From: Sphagnum compactum
Lineage: Eukaryota
Reading direction: 5' to 3'
Assembly: GCA_965153455.1 (NCBI GenBank)
Contig: OZ234493.1
Span: forward strand, 36,012,213-36,076,212
DNA: 64,000 nucleotides
Shown here: piece after piece, positions 50,701-64,000 of the stretch
How positions within the stretch are numbered: position 1 is the first letter of the stretch
Layout of the letters: each line of letters begins with the position of its first letter
The notes under the pieces: model-generated
Told to the model about the DNA's origin: nothing
The model's database searches: none
Seen by the model: the letters and a program-made list of their open reading frames with translations, nothing else
Translations under genes and position numbers: made by a program

Positions 50701-51177
50701 AATCAGCAGCAAACCGCTTCATGAGAAATTAAGGGGAAAGTCTTGAATAGGCCTTGGAGAACCATTGCAGATAGAAACCCTGGAACCAAATAGCATGCAT
50801 ATCCAGAATGCGTTCTCTTCACAGAAGAGGCACACATGCAGATAAAGTGCTACAGAAAAACCACTGTACGAGGTGGATGGAGAGGTTATCTGCGGTACCT
50901 AGTCCTCTATTTCCTTGAACCCTAAATCCAGACCATACGTCACATACATAGGGCAGAACAATTTTACCTTCTTCTCCATATCAGCAGCAGCTTGAGTGGA
51001 AGAGAACTGCTGAGGCTGTAAGCCCTCTCTCCTCTTCTTCAGCAGGCTTTCATCCCTCTTGTTCTTGCGTATCTCCACCATGTTGTCCTCCCTTTTTCTG
51101 CGAGCTTCCTCCGCATCGACCGTCAACTTATACCCCTTCTTACGGACCTCCACGCGTGCATTCGGTCGCAGAGACAT
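47736..51177 (-). CDS. IMPA: Importin subunit alpha, 10 coding exons, 531 aa
   Basis: Exons 51177-50968, 50547-50451, 50340-50249, 50130-49999, 49766-49581, 49399-49236, 48975-48897, 48767-48639, 48441-48314, 48114-47736. IBB domain ([25 protein letters not shown]), ARM repeats ([41 protein letters not shown]) and C-terminal GGFNFG. Confidence 0.97.
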
Positions 51178-51484
51178 CTCTGCAGAACGGGGACGGAGAC
51201 AGAAGAACCGAAATCAAAACAAACACACCAAAACACAGACCAGCGAGAACAGGAAGGCCCTCAAGACGAAAAAAAAAAAAAAAAAACCCCAGGAAAAAGG
51301 AAAAAAAAGTCAAAGTCTCGGAGGATACTCTTAAAGAAACTAGAAAGTTCCTGCTCACGAGAGTTTCGACACGATGAAGAGAACAAATCAGACAAGGCAG
51401 CGGCAAACACAGGGGAGAGACCACAGCGATCTTGAAGAAAAGAGACGGAAGACGAAGGCGGAAAAAGGCCGCCGTGGGAGACTC

Positions 51485-51492
51485 AAACCCTA
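51485..51492. promoter_or_regulatory. Telo-box in the importin alpha promoter
   Basis: caaaccctaa about 310 bp upstream of the ATG. Confidence 0.5.
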
Positions 51493-51811
51493 ACCTGAGT
51501 TAATTACTAACCTCAGATCCCGGGTAGTCTAGTTTAAGAGGAAACCGTATCCCGTGTATACAAATGGAATACGTATATTTTGAGATATACGGTCACGACA
51601 CATAAAGTTATACCAGTGGTTAAATTGGTCTATAGTTTACACCAAGGGGTACATAGTTATACAAATGGGTTATACAAATTAAATTTTAAATTTTTTTTTA
51701 GAAAGGTTACATATCAATGTTGGGCTTGTACCTATTGGGTTTAAATATAAACTTGTAATTTAAATATGGAAGCTCATTTACATTTTGTATGTAGGATCAT
51801 GCCCAAGGACC

Positions 51812-51899
51812 AAGGCATTCCCAAAGTAATGCCCCTCCCCCTACCTGACCCTCCAAGGTAGTAGTAGTTGAGGGAGGGAATTGCACTTGGAATGCCCTT
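51812..51899. repeat. 88-bp imperfect inverted repeat (hairpin or mini-MITE)
   Basis: aaggcattcccaaagtaatgcccctccc pairs with gggagggaattgcacttggaatgccctt; inner ctacc pairs with ggtag. Confidence 0.7.
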
Positions 51900-53334
51900 A
51901 TTTGAAGCGGCTATCCTGCATAATAACCAATGTTGGGCGGGTATGAAAAAAAAATGTGAAAATTGGATAAAGTTTCAAGTCGATTATTAGTTTGAATCCT
52001 TCAGTGTATCACATTGAATGATGCCCTTTATGAAACTCGGCTACAGAGTTTCATATAATGTGAGAACGAGGCCTTCGAAATTATATGAAAATCGGGCCTT
52101 TGAAACCCTAATCAAATATGTATTTTAATTTTATTGAAACCCTGGCAAGGTATTAAAAAAATTAGGGTCATGGTTTCAAAGTTTAGAATTAATTAGGGTG
52201 TTAGTAGTTAGAAGGGTTTAATGTTTAGTCTTTAGTCATTTATTCAATGTTTAATTAGTAATTAATTTAAGGTTTAGTTAGGTTTAGGGTTTAGCAAGTA
52301 AGCGACATCACTTGTTGCTTGCTATAAAACAAGTGTTTCAAAGCTGCTTACTCACTATGTGTGAGTTTGTCTCACTCTCTTGCATTTCATTTTCCTTTTT
52401 GCTTAGCTTAATGTGTTTGATTAGTTAATTTGCTTAGTGTTGTTCTACGCTCCTTTTGCTCGACCTTCTGTTCCACTCTTTTTTATTGTTCCATTCCTCT
52501 TATTCAACCTATTGCTCCTCTCCTCTTGCTCAATTTGCTACTCTCTACTCCATTTGATCGACTTGTTGCTCCGCTCCTTTTGCTCAACCTACTACTCTAC
52601 TCCTTTTGCTTGACCTAATGCTCCTTTTGCTCGACATGTTTTGCTCCTCTTGCTTGATCTCTTTGCTCATGTGCCTTTCTGCTAGACTTGTGATTTTGAT
52701 GTTCCTTGTTCCTCTTGCTCAACCCTACTGCTCTACTCCTCTTATTTCTTAGTATTCCCCCCCTTTTATTTTTTGCAGGTGTGAAGTGTGGAGGAGCTGT
52801 CCAAATTTGAGTTCTTCAAATTCGAGTTCTTTAGGCCAAACTTGTTAGGTGAAATTTTTTGTGTTCAATTTTTGTTTGTTGATGATTTTTTAAAATTATC
52901 CATGTTTTTGGGAAATGGTGGTTAATAATGTGTTTGTTTTTTTATGCTAAAATTATTTAAACACTAATACACATTTAATTATACACATTGCATCTCACTT
53001 TTACACATTGCATTTCATTCGCATAATTGTATTGTGTATTTTTTGAGCACATTGTTTTTTTTTTCTTTCAATTGCTTGTAAATGTTTAGATTGATTTTCA
53101 TATGGGTGGCATAATATTATTTTGGCAAAAAACGTATTTATTTCTAATTTTTCTTTTAGGGAAGATAAATTATGGTAGAAAATGAGGGAGTCAAGTCAAA
53201 ATGAAAATTTAATTTTGATTGAAGAAAATCAGACAAATGAAAATGAAATGGACATTGAAGAAGATGTGGAAAGAGGAGAAAGTGAAAATGTGCAAATAGA
53301 AAATAACAGAGTTGAAAAAAATGGGAAATAAATA

Positions 53335-54455
53335 ATGAAGAAAAATTTGCAAAAATTACATGTTCAAAGAAAATTTTGGAGAAGGCATAATAAAAATTCT
53401 TTATGTTGCGCATTTTCTTGTGTGAATGATGGGAAAGAAGTTGAAGCTGCATCCCATCAAGTCATGAAATGTATTTTATGTTATGATAATGAAGTAAATA
53501 TTCCTAATGTAAGAACTAAAGAAATAAAAGGATTAATAATTTATTATAAAACTTATGGTATAATTGCTTTTTAAAAACATGTAGATGTAGATCATTTTAT
53601 AATTGTAAAAAAATTTGAAGAAGAAATTAACAATGAAACAATAGGAACTGTTGAAAAACAACTTGCAAAGAAAAGGCCAAATATTCCAACAAGTGCAATA
53701 TCTACCTGTTTGTTGTAAAAAAACCTTTCAAAAAGGATGATGTGAAGTAAAAAGACTTTCTACATGACCTTGGCCTTTTGATTATGAAAAGTAACTTACC
53801 ATTGTAGTTTGTTGAAGGTGTGTGATTTAAGCGTTTAATATTACAATTGTCTCCTAAAGTTGTGTTCCTTTTTAAAAAACAGTTTTCTCAAGAAATATTA
53901 CCTAACTTGGTGGAGAAAACGAAACAAGTATATGTTTTGCCAAAATTAATAGAATATATTTTTGCCATAGTAAGCTTTGACTTATGGATGTCAAAGGGTG
54001 CGCATCATATATTTACTCTTGTTATAAACTTTTTGGGATCTGATTGACAACCCAAACAAATAATTATTGGTTTGTTTGAAGCAATAGAAATTACTGGGCA
54101 AACATTAGCTAACAATTTGACAAAATTGTTTGATCAATATGGGCTAAGAAAAAAAATTATTACCTATGTTAAAGATGAAGGCTCAAATTTAAATACTATG
54201 ACAATTACTTTTAAATTTGTTGTAAAATGTGAAGTCTTTGGTTTATATGAAAGTTTTTAGGGTGCTTGTTTTGGTCATTTTTTTCCAAAACATGCCAATA
54301 TGCTACTACTGACGAAAAAGTTTGCAGGAATTTCAAGTTTGTTTCAATCAAATATGCCTAATCAAATTTGCAAAAATGTATAACTTGGCCTAAAAAATCT
54401 ATAAAAGGTAAACAAGAATGGAACAAGGCTTGTTCAGATTCTAACTTGCCTCAGT
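53335..54455 (+). mobile_element. Decayed hAT (Ac/Tam3-like, BED-type) transposase, 3' truncated
   Basis: VMKCILCY, SFDLWMSKGAHHIFTLVINFL, IIIGLFEA..TGQTLANNLTKLFDQYGLRKKIITYVKDEGSNLNTM, ACFGHFF. Multiple stops. Degenerate ctccttttgctcgacc repeats lie upstream at ~52440-52740. Confidence 0.8.
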
Positions 54456-57059
54456 AAAACTAGTTAAATGAAAGCGTGATAATCCTAGTGAGTCCACCCA
54501 AGGATGCTTATGCCTAAGAAAGGGGAGTAAAAAAATATGATGACTAATTGAAACATTGGCTTGAATTTTTTTGATTTAATGTTTAGTTCAATGTTTCATT
54601 TGATGATCAAATATGTGCCTACAATTTTATCTTTGATGTGTAATGTAATAAATAAATGATATAACGAATGGTGGTTCAATGTTCAATGTCAAAATGTAGA
54701 CTTGTAAAAATGACCTAATTCGAGCTTGTGGCAAACAATGGTTTGTAATTGTTTATGTAATTATAATAACTAGATGCAAATGTTAAATTCATGTGTAAGA
54801 AAACATGAACATCCATGTTGCTTTCAAAAATCTATTTCCATGAGTACATATTTTAAACAACCCCACTATCATGTCTAAAAAAATTTCTTTGTTTTTCAAA
54901 CTCATTTAACAAGTTTTGGGACATGTTAGCACTAGTAAGTGTAAGATGTTTTTCATTATTAAGGAATAAGTGAAAGAATTTCACTCAATGCCTCATGATC
55001 TACACATGTTTAACTTCATGATAATCTTTGTTTTGTGTTATACAATGGTTAAAGCCCACAAATGAAAGGACAATCCCAACATAGGAGGCCTAATAGGATG
55101 AAATGATATTCGTCCCATTCTTAAGGATTAATTGTGAAATTTTTTTTTTGTTTAAAGAAGGATATTTATTGATACATGGGTAAACCAAGTGGTAGAATGC
55201 AACTTCACAAAGGTCTCCTTCCATTAGGCCATTATGATCACAAAGTTCTCCCCAAAAAACAACTTTCATTGGATATTTGTTTTCCTTGCAGTTGTTTTCA
55301 TAATCATTGTTCAACTATACATGTCAAACATTCGTTAAAAATAAAAAGTTGTGGAAACTAATAATCAACCTATGAATCACTAAAAGATGACATTTATCAT
55401 TTTTTAATGTGTTCATACATTCTTTTTTAGGTTCTTTACAAAGTTTATTGCAATAAACTCCAAAAATATAAACCTATCAATCAAATTGGAAAGGTTTTGT
55501 GGCAATATTGTAGTGAGAATGTAGGTGCAATGGCAAAGCAAGTTCAAATGATGAAATGGTATTAACAATAATTCATTAAATATTCATGATTTGACATAAG
55601 TGGTTGATATCTTTGACTTAAAATCTTCTTGATGTTAATTACTTACATATTGTTATTCCAATTGCATCTCTTTGATGAAAAGTTATTGTCCATGCAACAA
55701 GAAACATGGCATGATTTCAATGACTTTCCACTATCATTATTGGGTAATTATTAGAAACAAACCTTTCATGGTGCATGCATGGGGAATGGGGAATTTTTAA
55801 AGATTTGTAACCATGGTTTTCAAAAAATCAAAAAATCATGGTTATCATTTTTAAAAAATCAATAACTAGCCATAAAATGGTTGGTTGTTTCATAAAACCA
55901 TAAGTTTTAAAGGATTTTTTGAACTAAATGGAATTGACGTGTCTTTGATTTTCATTTTTTCAAAAAATTAAAACATGACTTAACTAAATTTGTTTTTTAA
56001 ATATTCAAATAATCACACAATGTTGTCCATTACCTTGTTGTCATCACATTGTGTGTAATGAGTAATGTTGGGTAATTCTCAGTTTTTTAAAAAATCATTT
56101 TTTTAAACATTGTAAAAATTGACTTGGTTGTAGAAAAATGACCAAGGTTTCACATTTTTATTTATTTAGTAAGTTGGTTCTTAAAATGTTGGTTCCCATA
56201 AATTTAAACATAGTTGGTTATCTAATGTGGTCTTCACAACCTAATAGAATTAAGATTTTTATTTTATTTTTTCAAAATGAAAACATTTTTAAACTAAAAT
56301 TTAACATATTTTGAAAAAAAGAAATATTAAAACTTGATGAAAAGCTACAATTTATTTCTAGAACTTTACAATGGCACAAGTTCATATTATTCAAAATCCT
56401 TTTCAAATTTTTCAAAATCCTCTTTTTAAATCCTCTTCTTATGCCAAAAACATGCACACATTTTTAGGTTCTACATTGACTGAATTGAAAAACTAACTCC
56501 CATTAAACATGTACCTTTTTTAACTCTATATTGAATGGTCTTTCTACCAATATATTATGGCTCTAATAAATATGAAACACATTATACACTAGATTAAAAA
56601 ATTTAAAACTATAACATAATTCATGTAGGTTGAACTTTGTTGCTTCATTGGGGTATTAATTTTTTTTTAAATCTCAAACATGCAACCAATTCTCAAGAGC
56701 TAGGTAATGAACCAAGTATAATGTAATTTAATACCCACCAATTTTCAATGAGAAAACCAAAAAAAAAACCATGTTCCCACCTTATATTGTGATACCCGCC
56801 CCACTCTAAAAGCTTTGGGATATAATAAGTTAATGGAAAGGAACTTTAAAAGATCGACCACATTTGAGGTTAGGTTCATAGTGTTAAAGATTGCTTTTAC
56901 ACCTTATCATCATGATGTGGCACCTTTGTTGACATTTACATCATGAAACACTAACACCAACCTTTTGCATTTTTGTGATCTATCCACACTAAGCAACAAC
57001 TGGTACTTATTTTCTAATTTTCAAGGTTGTTATTTGAAGTGCGTCCATACCTACATTGA

Positions 57060-57715
57060 TAAGTAATTTCTTTTTCTCCTTTTTTTGTTTGGTGTTTTTC
57101 TCTCATGTTCAATGTTTTCAACACTCGATGTTTTCCATGTTCAATGCTTTCTAAATTGCTTTCCATGTTTATAATGTTTCTGTTTTCTTTTCGATTTTGT
57201 TTTATTGTGCAATGCATTGGAGCTTCCTAAGAGCTTCAAGGAGCTTCTCCTTTTTCAAGCTTGCTATCTAAAACACGCCTAAACCTGCATCGCCAAGTAA
57301 TTTATTTCCTTCCTTTTTTTTGTTTTATGTTATTCTCTCCATGTTCAATATTCTTCACGCTTGATGCTTTCAATGTTCAATGTTTTTTATAATGCTTTCC
57401 ATGTTCAAATTGTTTTTTGTTTCTTTCCACTTTTATTTTGTTGTGCAACATGTTGGAGCTTCTTTGGAGCTTAAGGGAGCTTCTCCTTTCTAAAAGTTAT
57501 TATCTGAAACGCATTTAGGCTTGCATCAACATGTACTTTTTCTCCTTCCCTTTTTTTGTTTTGTGTTATTATTTCCATTTTTGATAATCTTCAAACTTGG
57601 TGCTTTCCATGCTCAATGTTTTCCACATAAATTTCCAGGTTTAAAGTGTTTTATATATTCTTTCCATTTTTGTTTTGTTGTGCAACACTTTGGAGCTTCT
57701 TAGGAGCTTATTGGG
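57060..57715. repeat. About 240-bp tandem repeat, roughly 3 copies, next to the Harbinger fossil
   Basis: ccatgttcaatg...ttgtgcaa...ttggagcttc...ggagctt occurs three times. Confidence 0.75.
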
Positions 57716-58069
57716 GTGTTCATTTCATTGCATCATATTGGAACTTCTTGGAGGTTGGTGTAGTTTCGTGCTTGTGCGCACTAAGTTTAAGGTTGTTTAC
57801 AAAGTTGTTTGCATAGTTTATAATCTGGTTATAGTTTGCAACATGGACTACCGTGAATGGTCATTACTGTTGGGCAATGTTTGTTGTTGATAAAAGCCTT
57901 CTAAGAGACATTGGTGTTCTAATAGACATTGTTGTTCAATGATTCAAGCTAGCCATTTTTTTATGCATTCGACACATTGAATTGAATATTCAAACATTAT
58001 TGATGTCTACCACATTACATCATGATAGGGGTATCTTGTATCTCCTTAACAATTAATGAAGAGTTTGGA

Positions 58070-60260
58070 CATTAGGTGAACCTCATTCAACAATGTGGTT
58101 TAACCATTTCTTGTTGATGGAATATGAAAACACTGTGTGGATCCACCATTTATGAATGTCAAAAGTGAATTTTCTAAACATTTGTAACCATGTGAAACCT
58201 TTCATTTTGAAACATGATACCAAGTATAGGAAAATAATTAATGTTTACATAAGATTTTCATGTGTTATTTACAAGCTTGCACAAGGTGCAAACATTTTGA
58301 CTTGTAGTGAATTTTTTGTTATTGGGAAATCCACTATAGCATTTTGAAGATAAGGGCTACCCATTACTTTATTGGTTAATGACACCACATAAAAAAGATG
58401 GAGAACATCATTCAATTCTAGAACTTTTGTAGAATTGAGAACACAAAAAGGGAGGTTAATTGTTGAAAATGCATTTGGCATAATGAAGTAAACATTTAGA
58501 GAGCTTTTGAAAAAGACAGAGCAACACATTACCATTGTACTTAATGTGTTTATTGCTTATTATTTACTCCACAATTTGTTATTCGGTAGGAAATAAGTGA
58601 ATGTTGAAGAGTCGATGCATATGATTGAATTTGAAGGCATGAAACATTATGCATTGAACACAATTGGATTACATCAATCTAAAAAACAATGTTCACATCC
58701 AAGGTAGAGAACTATCATGGTAGCAAAATTGCCACAACTTGGAGGTTTACCTTGTTGTTCAATGTTATTGAAAGCTACCAAAATAGAAAATTACAACTTC
58801 AAACATGTATTCAATCCTATATATAGTACTATCATGCCTTTATCATCCTTTCAATTGAAATCCTTGTCAAACTTCATGCAACTTTCTTTTATGTGAACAT
58901 GAAAAAAATTGAATTAGGAAAAACCAAATATATCCAATCTTGTATATGTACTAAATAATAACATCCTTCATGAGAATATGGAAATTTTAACTTATTCATC
59001 CATCATGTTGTGCATTGGTATCAATGTTTAGTGTCAAATTTTGATGTACATCACCTTGTGCAAATGTTGATGGTGCATTATTTTGGTCTCTTTGATTGCC
59101 AACCCCATGATTGTAGTAAGGTTGGTTATTGCTTATATAATTCCTTGTTGTGTTCGATTCATTTCGATGTCTTGGACCTTGAAGTATTTTAGTTGTTTTT
59201 GGATTTTTTTTTGTGCCCATGTTTATTTTTCCTTAATTTGCAGGTTCGCCTCATGGATATGGTTGATTAATTCAACCAATGTCACATTCCCTTTTGGTGA
59301 TGAGATTTTTGTGAACTGAAGAAGACTTATATACTCGTGTGTTCCCAACATGATGATGTTGAGGTTGCCCAATGACAATATTTACACCATTTGGTTTCAT
59401 GGTATTTGTTGTGTTGGTACGTGGTAAGGGAAGAGTTAAACCTTCTTTTCTTGGAACTTGAAATGATTGCATAGTTTGTCCTAAAAATGGGTGTGTTGTT
59501 GCTTGCCCTGTATCTGAATTTGGATTACATGATGTAGGTTAAAATGTTGAGTTGTTATGCACAATAGTTGGTGATGGGGTACATTTTATCAACTTGGGGG
59601 GCAGTAAAATTTAAATTGGTGTATTCTGGTTAAGAGTTTGAAGATTGATGGCATTGCCCAACTATACCCTTCTTGAAATGCTTTTACATAGTGTAGGATG
59701 GGATCAAGATTGGAAGGGAGGGGAGATGTAACTCTTTCAATGGCATTTTCACACATCTGTATTTCTTCGTGAAAGCTAAGGTCATCATTCGGTGAAGAGC
59801 TTTGTGGGTAAGGTTGTGTATGATACACATCATCTTCTAGATCCACTAAACCCTGTGAATGTGGAGGAGTAAAGCATGGTTTGTTATGCATGAAATCATG
59901 TACAAGGTCGAAATATGATTTGTTGAAACTCCCAAACAATCCTTGTGCAAACTTATCTTTTGTGAACATCCCAATAATCTTCATTATGACTTGTAACACT
60001 TTTGTAATCATTGATGTTTTTGTAGTCTCCATACAAAGACCCCCATTTATCCTTATAAGCCATTCCACTGTGAAAATGTTCAAAATGACCATTACCCATT
60101 ATAATTGTTGAGATGCACTTCCATTTGGTGATTGATGTTTCCATGTTATTTCTTGAATCAAACACACCCAAGCTTGCCTCATGCTTTGCTTTCTTTGCTT
60201 TGATCGATGCTCAAATTTCTAAATTATCTCAATTTGGTTGTCTTGATTTTTTTAATTTGA
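58070..60260. mobile_element. Decayed PIF/Harbinger element: DDE transposase (+, ~58070-58590) and Myb/SANT trihelix ORF (-, ~60260-59950), convergent
   Basis: Plus strand: MSKVNFLNICNHVKPFILKHDTKYRK..YKLAQGANILTCSEFFVIGKST, DKGYP, RLIVENAFGIMK*TF, YLLHNLL. Minus strand: TKWKCIS..YKDKWGSLYGDYKNINDY..HNEDYWD. Confidence 0.82.
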
Positions 60261-61866
60261 TTTCTGTAGAATTTGAATCTACATGAATTTTTCGTTTGCC
60301 TTTGTTCCTGATGTTCTTGTGATGTCATCACAAAGGTTTATAATATATGCAATTCAATACAAATTTTCTACATTACTCCCAATGCATTTCAATTTGAAAT
60401 TATGTATGGGTTCGTGAAATTTAATATTCATCACATATTTCATAATATTGATGTGGCTTCTTCTTGTTCTTTAAGGATGGATACAAAAATAAAATAAAAA
60501 TGGAATGAAGAGTTCAATAGTACATGTTAGAACAATATTTGCAACATTATTTGTTGGTGTCGTAGTTGGCATTGGGTGAGGCTGGTTGAAGTTATTTTGT
60601 TCATCATCAAAAGGTGGCAAGTCGATTGTTGGTGATGCTACTCATTGGAGGCTCTTAAAGCCACTTTATTTGCCATTGTTAGAGGATTGCGTCTTGACTA
60701 TAGTATGGATACTTGCACTTGCTCCTATCTATAGATAATTAGGTTGGAACTTTGCAATTGAATGTAAGGTATAAATTTTGAACTTGTAGTAGAGATAATA
60801 TTTTTCTTGGAACTACCTTGGACATTGAATTTTCACAACACAAGAGATACAAATTTGCATTAAAATAAAAATTGAACGTTTCTTGAAACTTTTAGTAGAA
60901 ACTTTTCTTGAAATTTTTAATAGATTTTTTAAAAAAATTCTTTGGACATTAAATTTGTGATAAAAGATTGTAGACATGGATTTATAGTAGAACTTGGACA
61001 CAAGGAAAAAAAGTAAAGAATGAGCAAAAAGACTTGGACGCAAGAAGAAAAAAGCAAAAATGGAAAAAATAAATAAATAATAAGCTAAGAGACTTGTACA
61101 CAAGGAGAGAGGCGAAAATGAATGAAAAGAAAGAAAAAAAAGAGTGGAACGAGAAACGAGAGGAAAAAAAAGTGCTGACATTGAGTTAAACCCTCCTTTT
61201 TTGAAACTCTTCGAAACACCAAAAATGATTCCTAAAATGTACATATTTAAAGAATTAATTGTTAGTAAACATTGGGTGCTAACATTAAGTTAACACTAAT
61301 GCCATGTCACCTGCCACATAGGATTCATTGTTAGCTAACATTACAAGTGTGGACAATGTCCTTTAACACCATCACTACCACCAGATGTGTGGCCAGCCCT
61401 TAAGTAGGGGCATATATCCCTTGGTGTAAAAACATGGCAAGTTTTTGTTAGTGTATCTTATGACAGCACCTTACTGACTGTAATAATGTGACAGCTTTAT
61501 GCCCACCTCCACAGGCTTACCACTTTTTGTAAAAGCCTGTCGCCAATTTTTTCTCCAATTATATCTGGTGGGTACCTGCTGGGTATCTAAGGACTTTTTT
61601 AATGCAAAAAAACTGCTACCATTTTTATGTTATGCAGTGTGTGACATCCTTGGGGGTTACCGAATCACCCTCAGCTCCACATGAGGGCCCTTATTCGGGT
61701 ACATCTGGTCCCCCCCTTGGGGCTTTACCCTACATGTAAAGGACCATTTATAGGTCTTAAAATAGTATAATGACATGAGTAGGAAATGCCGATTCTGTTA
61801 ATTTAAGATACCTGATAAAAACCTTACAAAAATGGCAGGTACAACCAACAAACTTAGGTACACTAA

Positions 61867-62244
61867 GGGTCACTTTAGATGAGGATCCAAGGTCTAAGGT
61901 CCAATGAGATACATCAATCTTATTGGATGAGAGCCATAAATTGGACCCATGGCATTTAGATGAGGGACCGAGACCAAAAAGTGGCAAATCAAGGCTAAAT
62001 TTACAAGGCACCATTTGGGAGGGAAAAGCAATTGGTTCGAAAACCCCCCCCCCCCACAAACAAAGAAGAGAAAAGAAAAGAAAAGGAGAGGTCATGATTT
62101 GAAGAACTAAGATGCAGGCTAGGGTTTAGGGCCTGAACCCTAAACCCTAAATCCAACTCAAGGATTCAAATTGCTTCAAATGAGTGTCCAAACTGGTTGG
62201 ATCCTACAAATTTGGATCCTGAAGGACCCCATTTAAAGTGGGCC
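61867..62244. mobile_element. Tourist-like (PIF/Harbinger) MITE, 378 bp, with TAA target duplication
   Basis: TAA|GGGTCACTTTAGATGAGG ... CCCCATTTAAAGTGGGCC|TAA. The termini match at 14 of 18 positions, with TAA at 61864-61866 and 62245-62247. Confidence 0.75.
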
Positions 62245-63060
62245 TAACTTTAGGGTTCAAAGTTTCAAACACTGAGGCTGGCGCAGATGTCAGTCGAAGC
62301 ATGTGGCATAACTTTCTGCCAGTGAGAATAGGTAGCTGTTTCACGTTGTCGTACCTGACAGCCACCTTCAAACAGTTTCTTAATCCAACGGCCTCTCGTC
62401 CACCGCTTCCGTTTCCCGCTTACTGGCCGCAACGGTCGCGATTGCGTCCATCTTCGTAAGCAGTAGCCGCTAATTCGAGACTGGTTCCAACCGGTCACTG
62501 AAGGCGAAAAGCGCGCTGGCCGACACGGGAGTCGCAGCCCTTTTTTCAACTGGTGAAATTTCGCCAAAAGGAGAAAAATTTTAAAATCCGAAATTCGAAA
62601 AAGAAGTGATTTTGGAGGTGTTCAGTCGCCAAAAATGACTAATCTTTAATCATCCTTCTAAATTATAGGTTACACACTGAAAACCATTTTTGGTTTATAG
62701 CCAGAGCTGGCTAAATCTTCCCCAAGGATGACCGCCGCTTTGGTTCAGTTTGTTTTTTCCCATTTTGTGATGTTGCTCAAGTGGTGAATATCCCCATAAC
62801 TATATCTATCCAAATTTGGCGATATGCAAAACAATGAAAGTGGAGCGGTTGTGGTGATTTTTTTTTTCCGATTTTAGAAATAGAAATAATCATTTCTGGC
62901 GATTTCAAAATTTAAAACAGTGAATTTGAGACAAGGTACTTTTTTTTCCCTTTTTTTCGAAAAATGGCGAAAATTCTCCACAAAAGAAATCAGTGCTTGG
63001 GCTACGAACAAAAAAAATTCCTCCAAAAACACTGACCGGGAGCGGCGGTGGGGAAGACCC

Positions 63061-63063
<3 letters not shown>

Positions 63064-63094
<31 letters not shown>
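63064..63094. repeat. (GA)n microsatellite in the alpha-tubulin upstream region
   Basis: About 15 GA units. Confidence 0.9.
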
Positions 63095-63099
<5 letters not shown>

Positions 63100-63346
63100 A
63101 TAAACAGAGCAAAGAAGCTCTTGCATCTCCAGTTCTCTTTTCTGTACTTCCTCTTCCTGTTCTTTCCGTTCGTGAAGGCGTCTTTGCACACGCCTTTCTC
63201 GAAGTTTCTTCCGCTGTAGTTGTTGCTCTCTTTTGTGATACTACTCGCACAGCATTTTCGTTTTAGATCTGAAGCTTTTGGTCAGGTGTCCTCCGTCCGT
63301 TTTGCTCAGTTATCTTCTCGTTTTTTTCCTTCTCCCTCCCCTCTAG

Positions 63347-64000
<654 letters not shown>

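Noticed and set aside
51928..56808. Terminal inverted repeat pair (caatgttgggcgggtat / atacccgccccactcta) bounding the hAT fossil
   Set aside because: The similarity is visible, but the 8-bp flanks differ (ataataac versus aaagcttt), so element boundaries are unsupported.

Overview
Eukaryotic land-plant nuclear DNA, most likely a moss such as Sphagnum (inferred from gene content, GT-AG intron style and AT-rich intergenic repeats; not verified). Nine protein-coding genes can be read by hand: SmE (+), a DUF1644 zinc-finger-like gene (-), a 12-exon PP2C phosphatase/protein kinase fusion (-) head-to-head with an organellar-type RPL23 (+), NAR2/NRT3 (+), an At1g01500-like gene (+), a LEA_3/SAG21-like gene (-), importin alpha (-) and the 5' part of an alpha-tubulin (+, cut by the window edge). 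The AT-rich gaps hold decayed DNA transposons. These include an endonuclease-bearing Helitron (Helentron-type: PIF1 helicase fused to an EEP/AP endonuclease), a separate Helitron Rep (HUH) fragment, two hAT-type transposases, a two-gene PIF/Harbinger fossil and several MITE-like elements. No rRNA, tRNA or CRISPR array was found. The most unusual items are the Helentron-type fossils and the kinase-phosphatase fusion with a signal-peptide-like N-terminus. I found no clear evidence of a wholly new biological system.
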